Positions 12,604-25,323 of a DNA stretch of 64,000 nt are shown one piece after another. Numbering within the stretch: position 1 is the stretch's first letter; every line of letters starts with the position of its first letter. The stretch is from Cladosporium halotolerans. Taxonomy: Eukaryota. The notes beneath the pieces were generated by a model. The model ran no database searches. It was given only the letters and a program-made list of their open reading frames with translations, and was not told the origin of the DNA. The translations under genes were made by a program, and so were the position numbers. Location of the stretch: NCBI RefSeq assembly GCF_011745625.1, contig NW_027191471.1, forward strand, positions 1 to 64,000, read 5' to 3'.

Positions 12604-13335
12604 GGTGTTTTGTTGTTGAGAAGTCAGTAGAGATAGAAAATTGCGACGCGTCCGCTCAGCGTCCGCCAGAAATGCATGATTACTCCTGGAACTTTTATTG
12701 TCACAAGCGTCCGGTGGTCTTCTGAAATTATGTGTTGCCTTGAAAAGAACAAAGTCTGCTTCAAGTATGTGGTTATCGTTGAACGGGAGACAATCATTTT
12801 TCCGTCGCCTACTCGAGCTGATTTGCGAAACATCATAAAACCCTTATGCGCAGAACAAGTCTGCATCGTGATTCTGTACAGCTGACTATATTCTTCGACG
12901 TGTGGTCGTTGTTCTGTTTTGAACGGCCAGTGGTGGCTAGACGTTGGCGGAAAGCAATTGCTAATAAAATCGTTTACTATCACCCAGCTCTTTAAATTAG
13001 ATCAGGTATCGATGAAATGGATTCCAGAATAATCTCTAAGCCCACAAAAATCTCATAAGGCTATGTTTCCAATGTTCGACAAATGCAATTGATGGTCAAA
13101 CCCGTCCAACACGCTCAGAGCATCGATCGCAGTGGTTCAGCGATGACGTCTTGAAGCCTCCAAGTGAACATGGATTCCTGCACAACACACCACACTCCAA
13201 CAGAACACACGGGTAGAAGGAGAAAAAGCAACAAAGCAAGGAACAAAACAGCATCCAATAAGAAGACTTCAGAATATCCAAGATCAGTCAAAACATCGAT
13301 CAATCGAGCCGCCGCCAAATCCTCCGGCCTCAAAA

Positions 13336-14322
13336 ATGCATCCAACCCAACCAACGAGCAAGAAAAAGAAACAAACCCCTCCGAACCCCTCTCCAGCACC
13401 ACCACCCTATTATCTCACGTCCGCACGCCCGCCCGCCTACTGTCATACCTGCGGTCGGGTCATTTCCTCCAAACGCAACGCTGCCTCAAAACCCGAGGAA
13501 ACCCAAGCAACAGCCCCCAAATTTTGCTCCGACCGCTGCAAGCGGCACAAACCTTCTTCTTCGCCATCCAGTGCTGAAGCTCATGTTGAGCGAGCGCTGA
13601 TAGCATTACTCTCCGGCCTGCCTCCTCCACCGCCTTACAAATCAGCTGGCGCCGAGCAAACTAAGCCCGCTGTGCATGCAGCAGAGAAGAAGAAAGGCGA
13701 GAAGCGCGTGTTGCTGCCCATGTCAATTCTGGAAGCTGCTGTTTTCGGACCACGGACGGATCCCGAGCGGGGTTATGGGCGGAGACGGAATCGGGCGTTC
13801 AGAGGCGTGAGAGAGGACGGGGAGTGGCGGAGTGTGGATATGGAGGATTCGGAGGATGGGGCAGACGGGGCGAGAATGGAGCCGATCAGTTCGTGGGAAG
13901 CTGGGGATTTTGAAGACGAAGAATTCGATATTGACGGAGACGGAGGTGTGAGTTTGGGGCGGGCAGACGGGAGCAGAGCAAATGAGGGTGGGGAGGAAGG
14001 AGGATCTATGCCTGAGACCCCGGAAATGGAGGCGAGGAGGAGGGCGGGGCAGAAGAGAGCAGAGGAGAGGGAATTTGCCAGGTGTGTTGTGAGAAGGGCT
14101 GTGGTGTTTGGGGTTGAGGTTGAGGGATGGGAGGATGTAAGTGGGAGTGGTGGTGGAGGGAAGAAGAGTAAGAAGGGTAGGGCAAAGGGAGACATTGAGG
14201 ACGAGGAGCTCGAGAGCGAGACGAAGACGAAGAGGCGGAAGTGTGAGGCGGTCATGTCGGGGCACATAGTTGAGCCATCGTTTGCCAAGGGCGATTGGAG
14301 CGTCAGATGGCGTGACGAATAA
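13336..14322 (+). CDS. Uncharacterised protein with a CxxCGR...KFCSDRC putative zinc-binding motif (DUF2256-like)
   Basis: 328-aa ORF; YCHTCGRVIS...PKFCSDRCKR; C-terminal KCEAVMSGHIVEPSFAKGDWSVRW. Confidence 0.8.
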   Translation: MHPTQPTSKKKKQTPPNPSPAPPPYYLTSARPPAYCHTCGRVISSKRNAASKPEETQATAPKFCSDRCKRHKPSSSPSSAEAHVERALIALLSGLPPPPPYKSAGAEQTKPAVHAAEKKKGEKRVLLPMSILEAAVFGPRTDPERGYGRRRNRAFRGVREDGEWRSVDMEDSEDGADGARMEPISSWEAGDFEDEEFDIDGDGGVSLGRADGSRANEGGEEGGSMPETPEMEARRRAGQKRAEEREFARCVVRRAVVFGVEVEGWEDVSGSGGGGKKSKKGRAKGDIEDEELESETKTKRRKCEAVMSGHIVEPSFAKGDWSVRWRDE

Positions 14323-14931
14323 CAGCCTTAGGTTTCGGTCGACACTGAGCGATAGAATAGACAAGCGATCTTGCTAGTTGTGGCCAATTGCCTGGACCCA
14401 AGCATGCACGCGACGTAGCGTTGTTAGCGACGGCACTTTGCGAACTTCACGCTTGATGTTACAGCACGTAAGGTATCAAGGACTCGATTCCTGGGTTGAA
14501 GTCACAGCTGTACAGTGAATGAACGACAACACTGAGAAAATCCAGCCACGGAGTCTTGAGCGTATATCCGTGTGAAGACTGCACATTGCGGCAAGCATGG
14601 CAGATGGGGCGAAATCTCGTATTGTCCAAGTGCAGATGAACTAAACGAAATTCCATAAATGCGAAAGGCGATATTTGGTCCATCCAGGTTGACATTACAC
14701 AACGATTTTCCATTCCACGTGTGAAGACTCCGACGGTGTTCGTGATGGATGAGGCCAAACAGGCGCTTTGAACGCAAGAGATTTCTTCAGCGGAGCTACA
14801 TTTCCATAAAACAGTAGCCGCCTGTTTTTTCCATCGCATCCGGCCCGGTCTTTCTTACGGGCTCAAAACGCCTGAAGTAAACCCCCGTCTCATTCGTACC
14901 ACAGCAACCAAGTCCAGCAGCAAAGCAGCGC

Positions 14932-15752
14932 TTACTCCTCGACAATGTTGCCCCTCTCGCTAACGTAAAGACCGTCCAAGAACTTTCGGATATCCTTGTT
15001 GCGAACGCGGCAGATCTGCTGGATGTCGGCGGCGGACTGAGAGACGTTCTCGAGGGAGTTGCCGGTGAGGACGAGCTCGTCCTTCTGGGTCTTGGAGGCC
15101 TCGACATCGACACCCTCGGCCATGGTGACGCGGCGGACGAGCTTCTCGCCGAGGAAGTTCCTGCGTATAGCATGTCAGTACTCCCTTCTGCATTCCTTGC
15201 GAACCTGTCGCAAATTCCTCCTGGGTCCCTCCATACCTGATCTCAACCACCCAGAGGCCGGTGTCGTTGTTCTTCTCAAGGTTGACGTTGATGGGGAAAT
15301 GGGCGTAGACGTAGCGCATCTTGTACTTGAAGCCCTTGGTGACACCAATGATCATGTTGTTGACGATGGAGCGGACGGTGCGCAGAGCGGCGACGTTCTT
15401 GCGGCTGCCGTGGTGCATCTCGATCTTGATGACATCCTTGGTGGGCTGCTGGAAGGAGACGGAAAGGTGACCAAGGTCCTTCTTGAGGGTACCGCGGGGG
15501 CCCTCGACGGTGACCTGGCGGGTCTTGATGTGCACCTTGACTGTACAGAGAAGGACATGTTAGTATCCTCCTGCTTTTTGTCTCCAATCCCTTTCATCCT
15601 CGCGCGATCCCAGCTCGTGCATTTTCGGTTCCTCGTTCGCGGCGGTTTGTCGCATTGGTCGTGGTGTTCGGGGTTGCTGGGTTTTTGGTTTTGGGGGACA
15701 ACGCACCTCCCTCAGGGACAGCGAGGGTCTCTTCCGAGTGAATGTACCTCAT
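14932..15752 (-). CDS. RPL9: 60S ribosomal protein L9 (uL6)
   Basis: Exons 15752-15707, 15540-15237, 15160-14932; [47 protein letters not shown]; extreme codon bias. Confidence 0.98.
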
Positions 15753-16108
15753 TTTGCCGGCGTGGTGCTGTGGGTTAGTTGGCGGATGTACTTGTCGCTG
15801 CCAGAGCCGTGATAGACCTTCGTCGCCGGCAGACTTGGCTGCCACAAATTCGAGAGTGGAAGCGAATTTGTGCCAAGGCGCGCTTCGGGAACGGCCGAGA
15901 AAGCTGCAGGCCTGAGGCACGACAAAACTTCGTGAGGCACTCCATCGACGCTCGTCAGCGGGGGAGGGCTGCGCATCGAGGTTGCCCCACGTCGTTGGAG
16001 CGCTGGTTTGCTTGCTGGTGACTGCATGCGCTGCTTGTTTCCCTGCACCGTCGCAAGTCCCGAATCCTACCATCCATACTCTCGGACCAACAACCCAGTA
16101 CCACAACC

Positions 16109-16711
16109 ATGAGCGCAAAGGTTCCGCGTAACTTCCGCCTGCTGGAGGAGCTGGAGAAGGGCGAGAAGGGATTGGGAGCGGGTGAGACATGCATTACCGG
16201 CCAGCCTTACGAAACACTTCACTTACACAACTAATAGAGGCATGCTCCTACGGCCTGGACGAGGGCGATGATCTTCTCATGACCAACTGGAACGGCACAA
16301 TCCTCGGCCCGCCTCACGTGCGCACACCCTGCTCTTCTGACCTCTCCAAAGCACCCAATCCCGCTGACCCAAACCTTCCCACAGAGCGTGCATGAGAACC
16401 GCATCTACTCGCTCAAGATCCACTGCGGTCCCGAATATCCTGACTCTCCGCCCGACGTCACTTTCATAAGCAAAGTCAACCTGCCCTGTGTCAACCCGAA
16501 CAATGGAAAGGTGAGCCAGCACTTTCGCGGTCCTTGCCCATGAATTGCGAGACTAACCGGACGCTGATAGGTGGATCTCTCCAAACTTCCCAGCATAGCG
16601 CAGTGGAAGCGTGACTTCACCATGGAAACCGTCTTGATCGAGATCCGACGGAACATGGCCGCCCCGGCCAACAAGAAGCTACCGCAGCCGCCCGAGGGCA
16701 CAAACTTCTAG
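16109..16711 (+). CDS. MMS2: Ubiquitin-conjugating enzyme variant Mms2/Uev1
   Basis: Exons 16109-16181, 16238-16317, 16385-16510, 16571-16711; [50 protein letters not shown]. Confidence 0.97.
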
Positions 16712-17348
16712 ACGAGCGGTCCGAGTGATCAGACGAGGGAAAGGACGCATGATACCTCTACAGTCTGCTATGGTGTTGGCTGGAGGAAAGTAGAAACGGG
16801 ACAAACGACCAATAACGACCTCTTTTGTTGCTGCTGCATAGCAATGGCGTAGATTCCCGGTTAGGGGCATTGAGTATACCAATCGCACGGAGGTGTCTTC
16901 TCGGCTTTGAATCTCTTCGATGTGGGTGAGTGAGCTCGAGGATAGGATCAAGTGCCAGTTACATGCATACATAGTGTGATTATCAGATCGATTCGGAAAG
17001 GCTTCACACGTGATCTCCGAAAATGATTGCGTGGGCACGAAATCGTACAAGTATAGACTATCAACCATCTCCGATCAGATCTAGCTCAGTGATGCTCACA
17101 CCGTTATCGATTGAGTCTTTGCCAGCACTCGAGGTAACTACTTTGGCAGACCTGGAGAACTGTGCCACAATATTGTCGACGCGATTAAACTGTTCGTCTA
17201 GTAGGTCTATGTCTATTGTTCCCGCCTCAGAGACGGTACTATATGTACAAAATCGCCAAATCTACCAACCGTTTATCCTCTATGCAATTGCCAGAAAACA
17301 CCTCGCTTATCCGAAATCTCAAGACATCCATCTCTTTTTTAATAACGA

Positions 17349-18425
17349 CTACGCACCGCTGTAGATCCTCGCCATGCTCGCCGCGCCCTTCGGCTCAATG
17401 AACAGAGCCTCCGCTTCCACCAACTTCGTGCCAGCCTCGCCGTCCTCAGTCAACTGCTCAATCCAGCCCTTGACCCACGCCTTACGGCCCTCAACCTTTG
17501 TCGTTTCCGCCTTGAGGACCACATACGAGCCCGCTGGGCACGGCGCACGGTAGTCGATCTTCAGACTCGCAGTGACACCGACCTTGTTCGGCAAGGCGGG
17601 GAAACAGGCGCGCGCGAGACCCTCGTCGAGCAGCGTCGCGAGAAGGCCGCCGTGCACAATGCCCGGGTGACCACAGAGCGAGGGGCCGAGGTATGCGATC
17701 TGCGTCAGGCGCGGCAGCTCTTCGTTCGGGTGCGCGAGGCTGAGAGGCGGGACTTCGATTTTGCCGGCGCCGAGCAGCACGCCGCCCGTCAGGTTGTGCG
17801 GGCGCATGGCGTCGGGGATCTTGAGGTGGGGGCGCGACTCGGCGACTCCGGGCTCGGCGCGCAGGCGGGCGGCGAGAGGGTGCGTGGTGATGTGCTCGTT
17901 TATTTGGAGAGTCTCGGGCGTCGCGGGCTGGAACATGGTGAGGGTCTCGGCGTCCGTCGGAGGGCTGACGATGCCATTGACGGTGTCGACGGCGGGGGCG
18001 GCGGACATGATGAGGCCGGCTGTGAAGAAGACGAGAACGAGAGAGGTGGTGACGAGGGAGTCTTTGAGGCGGGAGGAGCGAGGTGGTGTTTTTGGGAGAG
18101 GGAGTGGGGTGGTGCTGCTCGGAGATGCGAAGACGGGAGCAGCGGGGATTGCTTCGTCTGCGGGAGTGGTGGAGGAGGTTGTGCTTCGGTGGCGGACTGA
18201 TAAGATAGAGGAGAGAGATGCAGGAACCCGCGACTGCAAGGGACGGCAATGGCGGTAGTTGATATACTTCGCCGGGACTGCCACGCGACTAGGACGACCG
18301 CCACGCGGAACCGGCGACAGGCAGCGCTGTTGACGAGCGGCGACGGTGCTGAGGGCCCGAGATACTCCCGGCCGAGTGGATGGAAGTGAGGTCGAAGGCG
18401 CGGTGAGCAGCCTTGGCGCGAACAT
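17349..18425 (-). CDS. Hot-dog fold (PaaI/4HBT) thioesterase, probably mitochondrial (Fmp10-like)
   Basis: LCGHPGIVHGGLLATLLDEGLARAC, VTASLKIDYRAP, VEAEALFIEP; Arg/Ser-rich N-terminus resembling a presequence, plus one TM segment. Confidence 0.9.
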   Translation of the reverse strand: MFAPRLLTAPSTSLPSTRPGVSRALSTVAARQQRCLSPVPRGGRPSRVAVPAKYINYRHCRPLQSRVPASLSSILSVRHRSTTSSTTPADEAIPAAPVFASPSSTTPLPLPKTPPRSSRLKDSLVTTSLVLVFFTAGLIMSAAPAVDTVNGIVSPPTDAETLTMFQPATPETLQINEHITTHPLAARLRAEPGVAESRPHLKIPDAMRPHNLTGGVLLGAGKIEVPPLSLAHPNEELPRLTQIAYLGPSLCGHPGIVHGGLLATLLDEGLARACFPALPNKVGVTASLKIDYRAPCPAGSYVVLKAETTKVEGRKAWVKGWIEQLTEDGEAGTKLVEAEALFIEPKGAASMARIYSGA

Positions 18426-19077
18426 TACGGCCGGACGCAGGACTGGTAGGGCAGATGGGATGGATGGGAAGAGACCGGCTCGTTGAGCGGGCTGGTAAAT
18501 GCCGTTGCCTGGGGCGAAGGCTGAAAAATAAGATGCCGAGGCTCGTCGGAACGAAGTTTGGGCCAGGGACAGAAGAACGCGCTGAGGGCGTGGGCGGATT
18601 TGGAGCGAAAGCCGACATCACTTAACAAGACCCGGTCCGTCATAGGGGCCCAGCCTCACCTGTGTTCGTTAGTGTGTCGTAAGCAGCTATACATATGTGG
18701 CCCTTACTAAGAACAGCAGTATCGCGTCATCCCGTCTTCCGTCAGACAGTTGTTCATCCGGACTTTTATCAGCCTTTTAATCTTGGCTTATTCAGTAGCT
18801 GGTGCTAGCCAAGCCATGCAGTCCTGCTTGAACGTATATGCAGCGGTATACTCAGCCTCAGCGCAGAATCCGACCTGAACGGCCATGGAGCGACGCAGGT
18901 CATAGCGTCGCAACATCGATAATTGCGCTGGTGCATTGCAGGATCTCGAGGCGTCCACATCTGATATCGATAATCATTGCAAGCGAGACGGAGAACCAAC
19001 CAAAACATCTCGCAAGATCGATCAGTTGTATAATTCGCTACAATATAAAACAAGAAAATTCCCAGCCAACCACATTT

Positions 19078-20587
19078 CTACGAGTCGAAGCTGTACCTCA
19101 GCCACTCACCCACAGCCCTCAAGCTCTCCCATCTCACGCTCTCGTTCTCGTCCTGCATCAGCGCCATCACCCTGGCCTTCAAACCAGCCTTCTCCAGAGT
19201 TGACCGCTTCTCGGGGCACTGCTTCACCAAGGATGCTACATCGCTGCAACCGATCGCGAGCACCTGTTTGTCGTTCGCCCAGTCCTTGCTCAAGATATCA
19301 GCGAGCTTGCGCAGGTACGCGCCATTCTCGGTCGTAATGATGCTGAGAGCGTTTTCCCGCCAGAAGTCGGCGTTTTTGTGGGGCGGCGACCAGCGGAGAT
19401 GACCGGAGTCGAGCTCGCCGGCGTAGTTCTCGAGCGTCGTGCGAGAAGAGGTGTATTCTTCGAGAAGGTTGGAGAGGTTCTCAAGATCCTCTTGTAGGTC
19501 TTGGTCGGCGACCTGGCGGCCTTTCAGGTTCTGCAGGACGGCAGGAAGGCGGGCGGCGATAGCACCAGGGAGAAGGGTATCTTTGTTGGCGGAGAGGATG
19601 TTGTTGAGCGTGCCGAGGATCATGCGCGTCGTCTTCTCTTTCGGCGAGACGCGGAGCAAAGACGTGTACAGAGGAATGATGTCGTGATCCTCGTCGAGGC
19701 CTGGGCCAACCAGCTTGCCCTCGAAGCTCAGCTGCCAGATGACCAGAAGGATGTGGTATAGAAGCTGCAGGCCAACGCTGCCGCCGACCTTGACGTTACT
19801 CTCAGCCACGCTGCGCGTGCTGGAGGCCGTGCCGCTGCCATTGTTGAGAGTGCTGTCCGTGTCCCTTCCACCCGTCGCTGTGCGCAGGACATCCACCAGA
19901 GGGAACAAAGTCTCCTTCCTCTGCTTCCAGAAAAGCTGGCGTGATTTCTGCGTTCTAAGGAGCGCAGAGTATTCTTGGCATGCAATGTCCTGCAGGTTGG
20001 CATCGGATTGCTTGCTCAGCTGAGCAATGTAGGTGTAAGTCTTGGGGAGAGCATCATCGATCGCCGAGTTGGACTTGGGGTGTGCTTGCAGCGCGTGTCC
20101 GAGGAGAGTCGAGAGCAAAGCGGACGCAAGCAGGGGAATCGGGTCTTCTGGGCTAGGTGATTGCTTCAGAAGCGGGAGGAGAGGCTTGAATGGCTCGGGG
20201 TGCTTCACGAGCGACTGGGTAAGCGCTGGAATGTCTGTAGCCCAATTAGCGATACTGCAACAGGCTCATAGGCGCAATGGCTCTGTGCATACCATCTACA
20301 AGGTCACCAGCAAGCACCAACATGTACTGCAAGATATCGGTACGCTTCGCAGCGCTCTCGAATATGCTCTTCACATTGTCTCCGCCCAGCAACAATTGTG
20401 TGTATGTCTGTATATCCGCCTCGATAGTCTGCTTCCTTTGCTCCTTGCGGACCTTGTCTATGGCCTTGATCTTCTTTAGGTCCTCCTCGGTGATTGTTTT
20501 GGCTCGGACAGCGCCCTCCCAGCTGATTGGCCGCGCGCGGATGTTGTTCTGGAGGGAGGAGATGTACGCAGGCGGGTCGAGCGACAT
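19078..20587 (-). CDS. VMA13: V-ATPase V1 subunit H
   Basis: Exons 20587-20293, 20234-19078; NNIRARPISWEG, LQLLYHILLVIWQLSF, KEKTTR, LRWSPPH..FWRENA, VRWESLRAV. Confidence 0.96.
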
Positions 20588-20873
20588 ATTTGCGACGGAC
20601 GGAGATGTGATCCGACGCGAGGGCGTGTGTTGAGGGAGAATGGCCTGTCGAGATCGATTGCCTCGCTGGGTCCAAGTTGGTTGTCTGGAACGGGAGCTCG
20701 AGACAAGCTGCAGCCGCCTGACTGACGTCGCCTGGCCGTTGGGAGCTTCCCGTCTCCCGTCGCGGCTTGAAACTTTGAAGGAACAGAACATCAAGCAACT
20801 GCACGCCACTCGTTGTGCGAGCACATGTTCCGGAGCGGATACGCACCATAACACCAAAGGAATACAGGTCGCC

Positions 20874-23843
20874 ATGACCTCGCTCAAAAGGTCCCATGCG
20901 ACCATCACTCCAACCACCACACTGAGCAGCAAAACCTACCTGCGCACGCTCAAATCTGGCAAAGTCCAGAAAATCGTCCGCGAGCTCTATCTTCGTCAGG
21001 ACATTCCTTGCTCAAGTCAGCTTTGCACAGTATGCCTGGAGCAGCAGGCATCCGGATACCATCAGAAAGCGGCACCGTTTGTGCTCAGCGCGACTCCTGC
21101 AGCGACTAAGCAGTTCCCCCAGGGCCACTATCTGATTCCGGACACCAACGCCTTTCTCAATGGAATGGATCTGTTCGAAGCCGAAGGCGCTTTCACCGAC
21201 GTCATCGTCCTTCAGACCGTCCTGGAAGAAGTCAAGAACAGAAGTTTGCCACTCTACCACCGTTTGATAGCATTGACGAAAAACGATGGCAAGCGCTTCT
21301 ACGTCTTCTTCAATGATTTCAGGCTTGAAACCTACGTCCAGCGCGAAGCTGGCGAGACCATTAACGACCGAAACGACCGTGCTATTCGGAAGGCGACTGC
21401 ATGGTACAATGAGCATCTTCAGCAAGCCGCAAGTGCGCGCAAGAGCGTGAGGTGCCCTGCGGTTGTCATGATCAGCGACGACCGCGACAACATTCGCAAG
21501 GGCAAAGCTGAGAATGTCACGGCTTTTCCTCTGCGCGACTACGTGTCTCAGCTCCCGGAAGCGGACAAGCTACTGGACATGATCCCCGAGCGATCATCTA
21601 CAAGGGACGGCAAGGCGGAGCTGTTCTACCCCGAATACATGTCGATGAGCGCCATGCTTACTGGCGTCAAGGCTGGGACTCTTCACCAAGGCATCTTCAA
21701 CGTCTCGACGTACAACTATCTGGAAGGCAGTGTCCACGTTCCTGCTTTTGATCGCCAGCTCATCATTCAGGGCAGAGAGAACAGCAATCGCGCCGTCTCG
21801 GGAGATGTCGTCGTCGTTGAGGTCTTGCCCAAAGACCAGTGGAAGGCACCTTCATCAAAGGTGATTGAGGAGGACGAGGTCAACAAGAACGAGAATGCCG
21901 ACAACGAGGACGAGTCTGAAGGCATTGTTACCGAGCAGGAGCGCCGTGCTCTTCAAGAAGAAGTGAAGAAGACTCATGCTTCCGGACTTGAAAACCAGCC
22001 CAGACCTACCGCCAGAGTTGTTGGCGTCATCAAGCGCAACTGGCGACAGTACGTTGGTCACATCGACCGAGACTCAGTCCGCGGAGGGTCAAAGAACGGA
22101 CAAGCGCAGCAGACTGTTTTCCTCATTCCCATGGACAAGCGAGTGCCTAAGATTCGCGTTCGCACCAGACAGGCAGCTGATTTGCTCGGTAAGCGTGTGC
22201 TGGTTGCAGTGGACTCTTGGGGTCGCGACTCGCGCTACCCTGTTGGCCACTTCGTCCGTAGCTTGGGCGAATTGGAGACGAAGGGTGCCGAGACCGAGGC
22301 ATTGTTGCTTGAGTGGGACGTACAATACCGGCCATTCCCCAAGACCGTGCTTGACTGCTTGCCTGCTGAGGGTCACGATTGGAAAGTTCCTGCATCGAAG
22401 GAAGATCCTGGGTGGCGCGGTAGACGCGACCTCAGAGATCTGATCATCTGTTCTATCGACCCTCCAGGCTGCGTGGATATTGATGACGCTTTGCACGCAA
22501 AGAAGTTGCCAAACGGCAATTTTGAGGTTGGCGTGCACATTGCTGATGTTTCCAACTTTGTCCGACCAAACAACGCCATGGACAAGGAAGCTTCGTTGAG
22601 AGGAACTACTGTCTACCTTGTGGACAAGCGTATCGACATGCTTCCCATGCTGCTTGGCACAGATCTCTGCTCTCTCAAGCCTTATGTCGAGCGTTTTGCC
22701 TTCAGTGTCATTTGGGAGCTCGACCAAGACGCAAACATTGTCTCGGCAGACTACACGAAGAGTGTTATCCGCAGCAGGGAGGCTTTCAGCTACCAAGCCG
22801 CCCAGCTCCGCATCGACGACGACAGCCAACAAGACGAACTCACCCAAGGCATGCGCCGCCTTATGATGTTGTCCAAGAAGCTCAGAGGCAAGCGCATGGC
22901 TGCTGGAGCCCTGAACCTCGCCTCTCCCGAAGTGCGCGTTGAGGCCGAAAGCGAAACCTCAGATCCCATCGACGTCAAGACAAAAGAGCTCCTGGACACA
23001 AACCAGCTGGTCGAAGAATTCATGCTTCTCGCCAACATCTCCGTCGCCTCCAAAATTAATGATGCCTTCCCACAAACCGCCCTCCTCCGTCGCCACGCCG
23101 CCCCGCCCAAGACCAACTTCGAGGAGCTTTCCAACCAGCTGAAAGTCAAGAAGGGCATGGAGCTCCGCACCGACTCTTCCAAAGCCCTTGCCGACAGCCT
23201 CGACACCTGCGCCGAGCCTGCGAACCCGTTCTTCAATACCCTCGTCCGCATCCTGGCCACCCGCTGCATGATGAGCGCCGAGTACTTCTGTGCCGGCACC
23301 CTCTCTTATCCAGAATTCCGACACTACGGCCTCGCCTCCGAAATCTACACGCATTTCACCTCCCCTATCCGTCGATACGCCGACCTCGAAGTCCACCGCC
23401 AGCTCGCCGCCGCCATCGACTACGAGCCGCTCGACGCCAGCCTGCAGAGCCGCAGCAAGCTCGAGGGTGTCTGCCGCAACATCAACTTCCGCCATCGCAA
23501 CGCGCAACAAGCTGGTCGTGCGTCTGTCGAGTTCTACGTCGGCCAGGCCCTCAAGGGCCGCGTGTTGGAGGAAGACGGATTTGTGATGCGGATTTTCAGC
23601 AACGGATTTGTTGTTTTCGTGCCGCGGTTTGGCATCGAGGGCTTGATTCGCCTGAAAGATCTGGCTGGAAGCGAGAGGGATGAGGTCGATGGTGTTTTCG
23701 ATCAGGCGGAGTATAAGCTCGAGTTTGACGCGGTGGGCAAAGGGAAGAGGACTGTGGAGTTATTCCAGAAGGTCCGGGTGAAGATTGAGGATGAGTTGGA
23801 GGGAAGCACGGGGAAGAGGAAAATCAAGCTGGGGCTTGTGTAA
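20874..23843 (+). CDS. DIS3: Exosome catalytic subunit Dis3/Rrp44 (PIN-CSD-RNB-S1)
   Basis: KIVRELYLRQDIPC, PIN motifs PDTN and INDRNDRAIR, RNB motif SIDPPGCVDIDDALH, YTHFTSPIRRYAD. The likely start is ATG 20874 (MTSLKRS), not the track's 20640. Confidence 0.97.
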   Translation: MTSLKRSHATITPTTTLSSKTYLRTLKSGKVQKIVRELYLRQDIPCSSQLCTVCLEQQASGYHQKAAPFVLSATPAATKQFPQGHYLIPDTNAFLNGMDLFEAEGAFTDVIVLQTVLEEVKNRSLPLYHRLIALTKNDGKRFYVFFNDFRLETYVQREAGETINDRNDRAIRKATAWYNEHLQQAASARKSVRCPAVVMISDDRDNIRKGKAENVTAFPLRDYVSQLPEADKLLDMIPERSSTRDGKAELFYPEYMSMSAMLTGVKAGTLHQGIFNVSTYNYLEGSVHVPAFDRQLIIQGRENSNRAVSGDVVVVEVLPKDQWKAPSSKVIEEDEVNKNENADNEDESEGIVTEQERRALQEEVKKTHASGLENQPRPTARVVGVIKRNWRQYVGHIDRDSVRGGSKNGQAQQTVFLIPMDKRVPKIRVRTRQAADLLGKRVLVAVDSWGRDSRYPVGHFVRSLGELETKGAETEALLLEWDVQYRPFPKTVLDCLPAEGHDWKVPASKEDPGWRGRRDLRDLIICSIDPPGCVDIDDALHAKKLPNGNFEVGVHIADVSNFVRPNNAMDKEASLRGTTVYLVDKRIDMLPMLLGTDLCSLKPYVERFAFSVIWELDQDANIVSADYTKSVIRSREAFSYQAAQLRIDDDSQQDELTQGMRRLMMLSKKLRGKRMAAGALNLASPEVRVEAESETSDPIDVKTKELLDTNQLVEEFMLLANISVASKINDAFPQTALLRRHAAPPKTNFEELSNQLKVKKGMELRTDSSKALADSLDTCAEPANPFFNTLVRILATRCMMSAEYFCAGTLSYPEFRHYGLASEIYTHFTSPIRRYADLEVHRQLAAAIDYEPLDASLQSRSKLEGVCRNINFRHRNAQQAGRASVEFYVGQALKGRVLEEDGFVMRIFSNGFVVFVPRFGIEGLIRLKDLAGSERDEVDGVFDQAEYKLEFDAVGKGKRTVELFQKVRVKIEDELEGSTGKRKIKLGLV

Positions 23844-25323
23844 GGGAAGACGCGGCTTAGGAGTAGAATATTGGAAGCCTGTACGATCATATTTTATGTT
23901 TTCTCAATTTGCCGACAGCGATGGGTGATAACCACGCTGTCCAGTATCGCGCATGAGTGCCGATGTCTGATGTTGAGGCAGCATCCCTCCGGACGGCAAT
24001 GTGCATATAAAGAAATGTAAGCCGACGACCTCAGAAATCCCTCACTCCTCCCATGCGCAGCGTGTGAATCCAAACCGTCGCACTGGCCGTCAAATCTCAC
24101 GATGTGGCGACTTCTACACCACGCAAGGATAGCCTGCCGGATCGAAACACCATCTGCATTATCCGATCATACCAACGACATCGAGTGCAAAAGCCGATCA
24201 AGCTTCTGAGACCCGCAGCCACAGCATATGAACTCGGACCCATTAGGCCCACGGGCAAGGCGGCTAGGGCGGGAAGAAGGATGCGTTAGCCTGATGGCCG
24301 GCGTCTAATTGGAGGCGATGGGCACATCTGGGCGCGCCGTTGGCTCGCGACAGCGCACGGCGCTCTGCAATCTTCACTGCGGCAGACGATCTCGCGTCCT
24401 GCAGACGCTGGAGCCACGTCCGCCCGCCCGTCTCAGGCTGGCAGGGATAGGAAGGTAGGCACGCGGACAGGCGAGGCGACATCTCTGCTGGGCGTAGAGT
24501 GCCTCTGCGATGCTGCGCCGGCTGAGGAGCGACTTGCAGGCTGATTGTCACATGCTGGGAGGCGCGAGTGGAGGCGTGGGAGCAGCGCCGTCCGGCCTCT
24601 CACCTCTGCAGTGCACATATCCACCCACCCACGCCACCCACACGCCGCTCGGCCAAACCCACACAGGCCGCTGGCTCGCGCGGCGCGCCGTCCGTCCACG
24701 CTCGCTTGCTGCCCCTCACAGCAGCTGGCCCCTTTCCTTTTCCCGCAAGCCTGGGGAGACTGGCCCACGTCCGCGACGCCGTGAGGCCGCCTGCGACAAT
24801 AATACCTACCACCGCACCACGCTCGCCGTCCGCGCCCAGCGTCTGCCCGCCTCCATGCCCTCACCCTCGTCTGCGGTCTAGCGCCGCCACAATAATCGCC
24901 CTGCACACTGCGTGAGTACACACATCCCACTTCCAATGGCCCACCGAGCCTCCTCTCACCCCCAAGCCCGAACCCCTCTCCGAAACGTCATGCAGGGAAC
25001 TCACCGAGGCGGTCCGCCGCCGTGTGCCTCCATCCAGGCACGCAGCGCTTGCCGACAACCCTCGACGTAAATGTGGACTCCACAGCCCACTACAGCAGCC
25101 ATCGGACCAGCCCTCCATCTGCCTTTCTTTCCCTTCCCTCCCCTCCCCTCCCCTCCTGTCGTCTTACACACCGCCCACGCATCAGGCCACTGTGCTCTCT
25201 GCCTCACCTCCATACTATCGCTGGCAGAAGCTATAATGCTAACTGCACTGTCAATTGAACAGTACAGCTTTTCGACCTTTACCACGCTGGTATACCGCCC
25301 TCCCTGCGGCGGAATTGCTCTAG

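Noticed and set aside
15541..15706. RPL9 intron 1 (and ERV29 intron 1) as possible snoRNA hosts
   Set aside because: No properly placed box C/box D pair or clear H/ACA architecture.
20640..20873. 78-aa N-terminal extension of DIS3 in the ORF track
   Set aside because: It lies in the shared promoter with VMA13 and has no Dis3-like sequence; ATG 20874 has a better context (gccATG).
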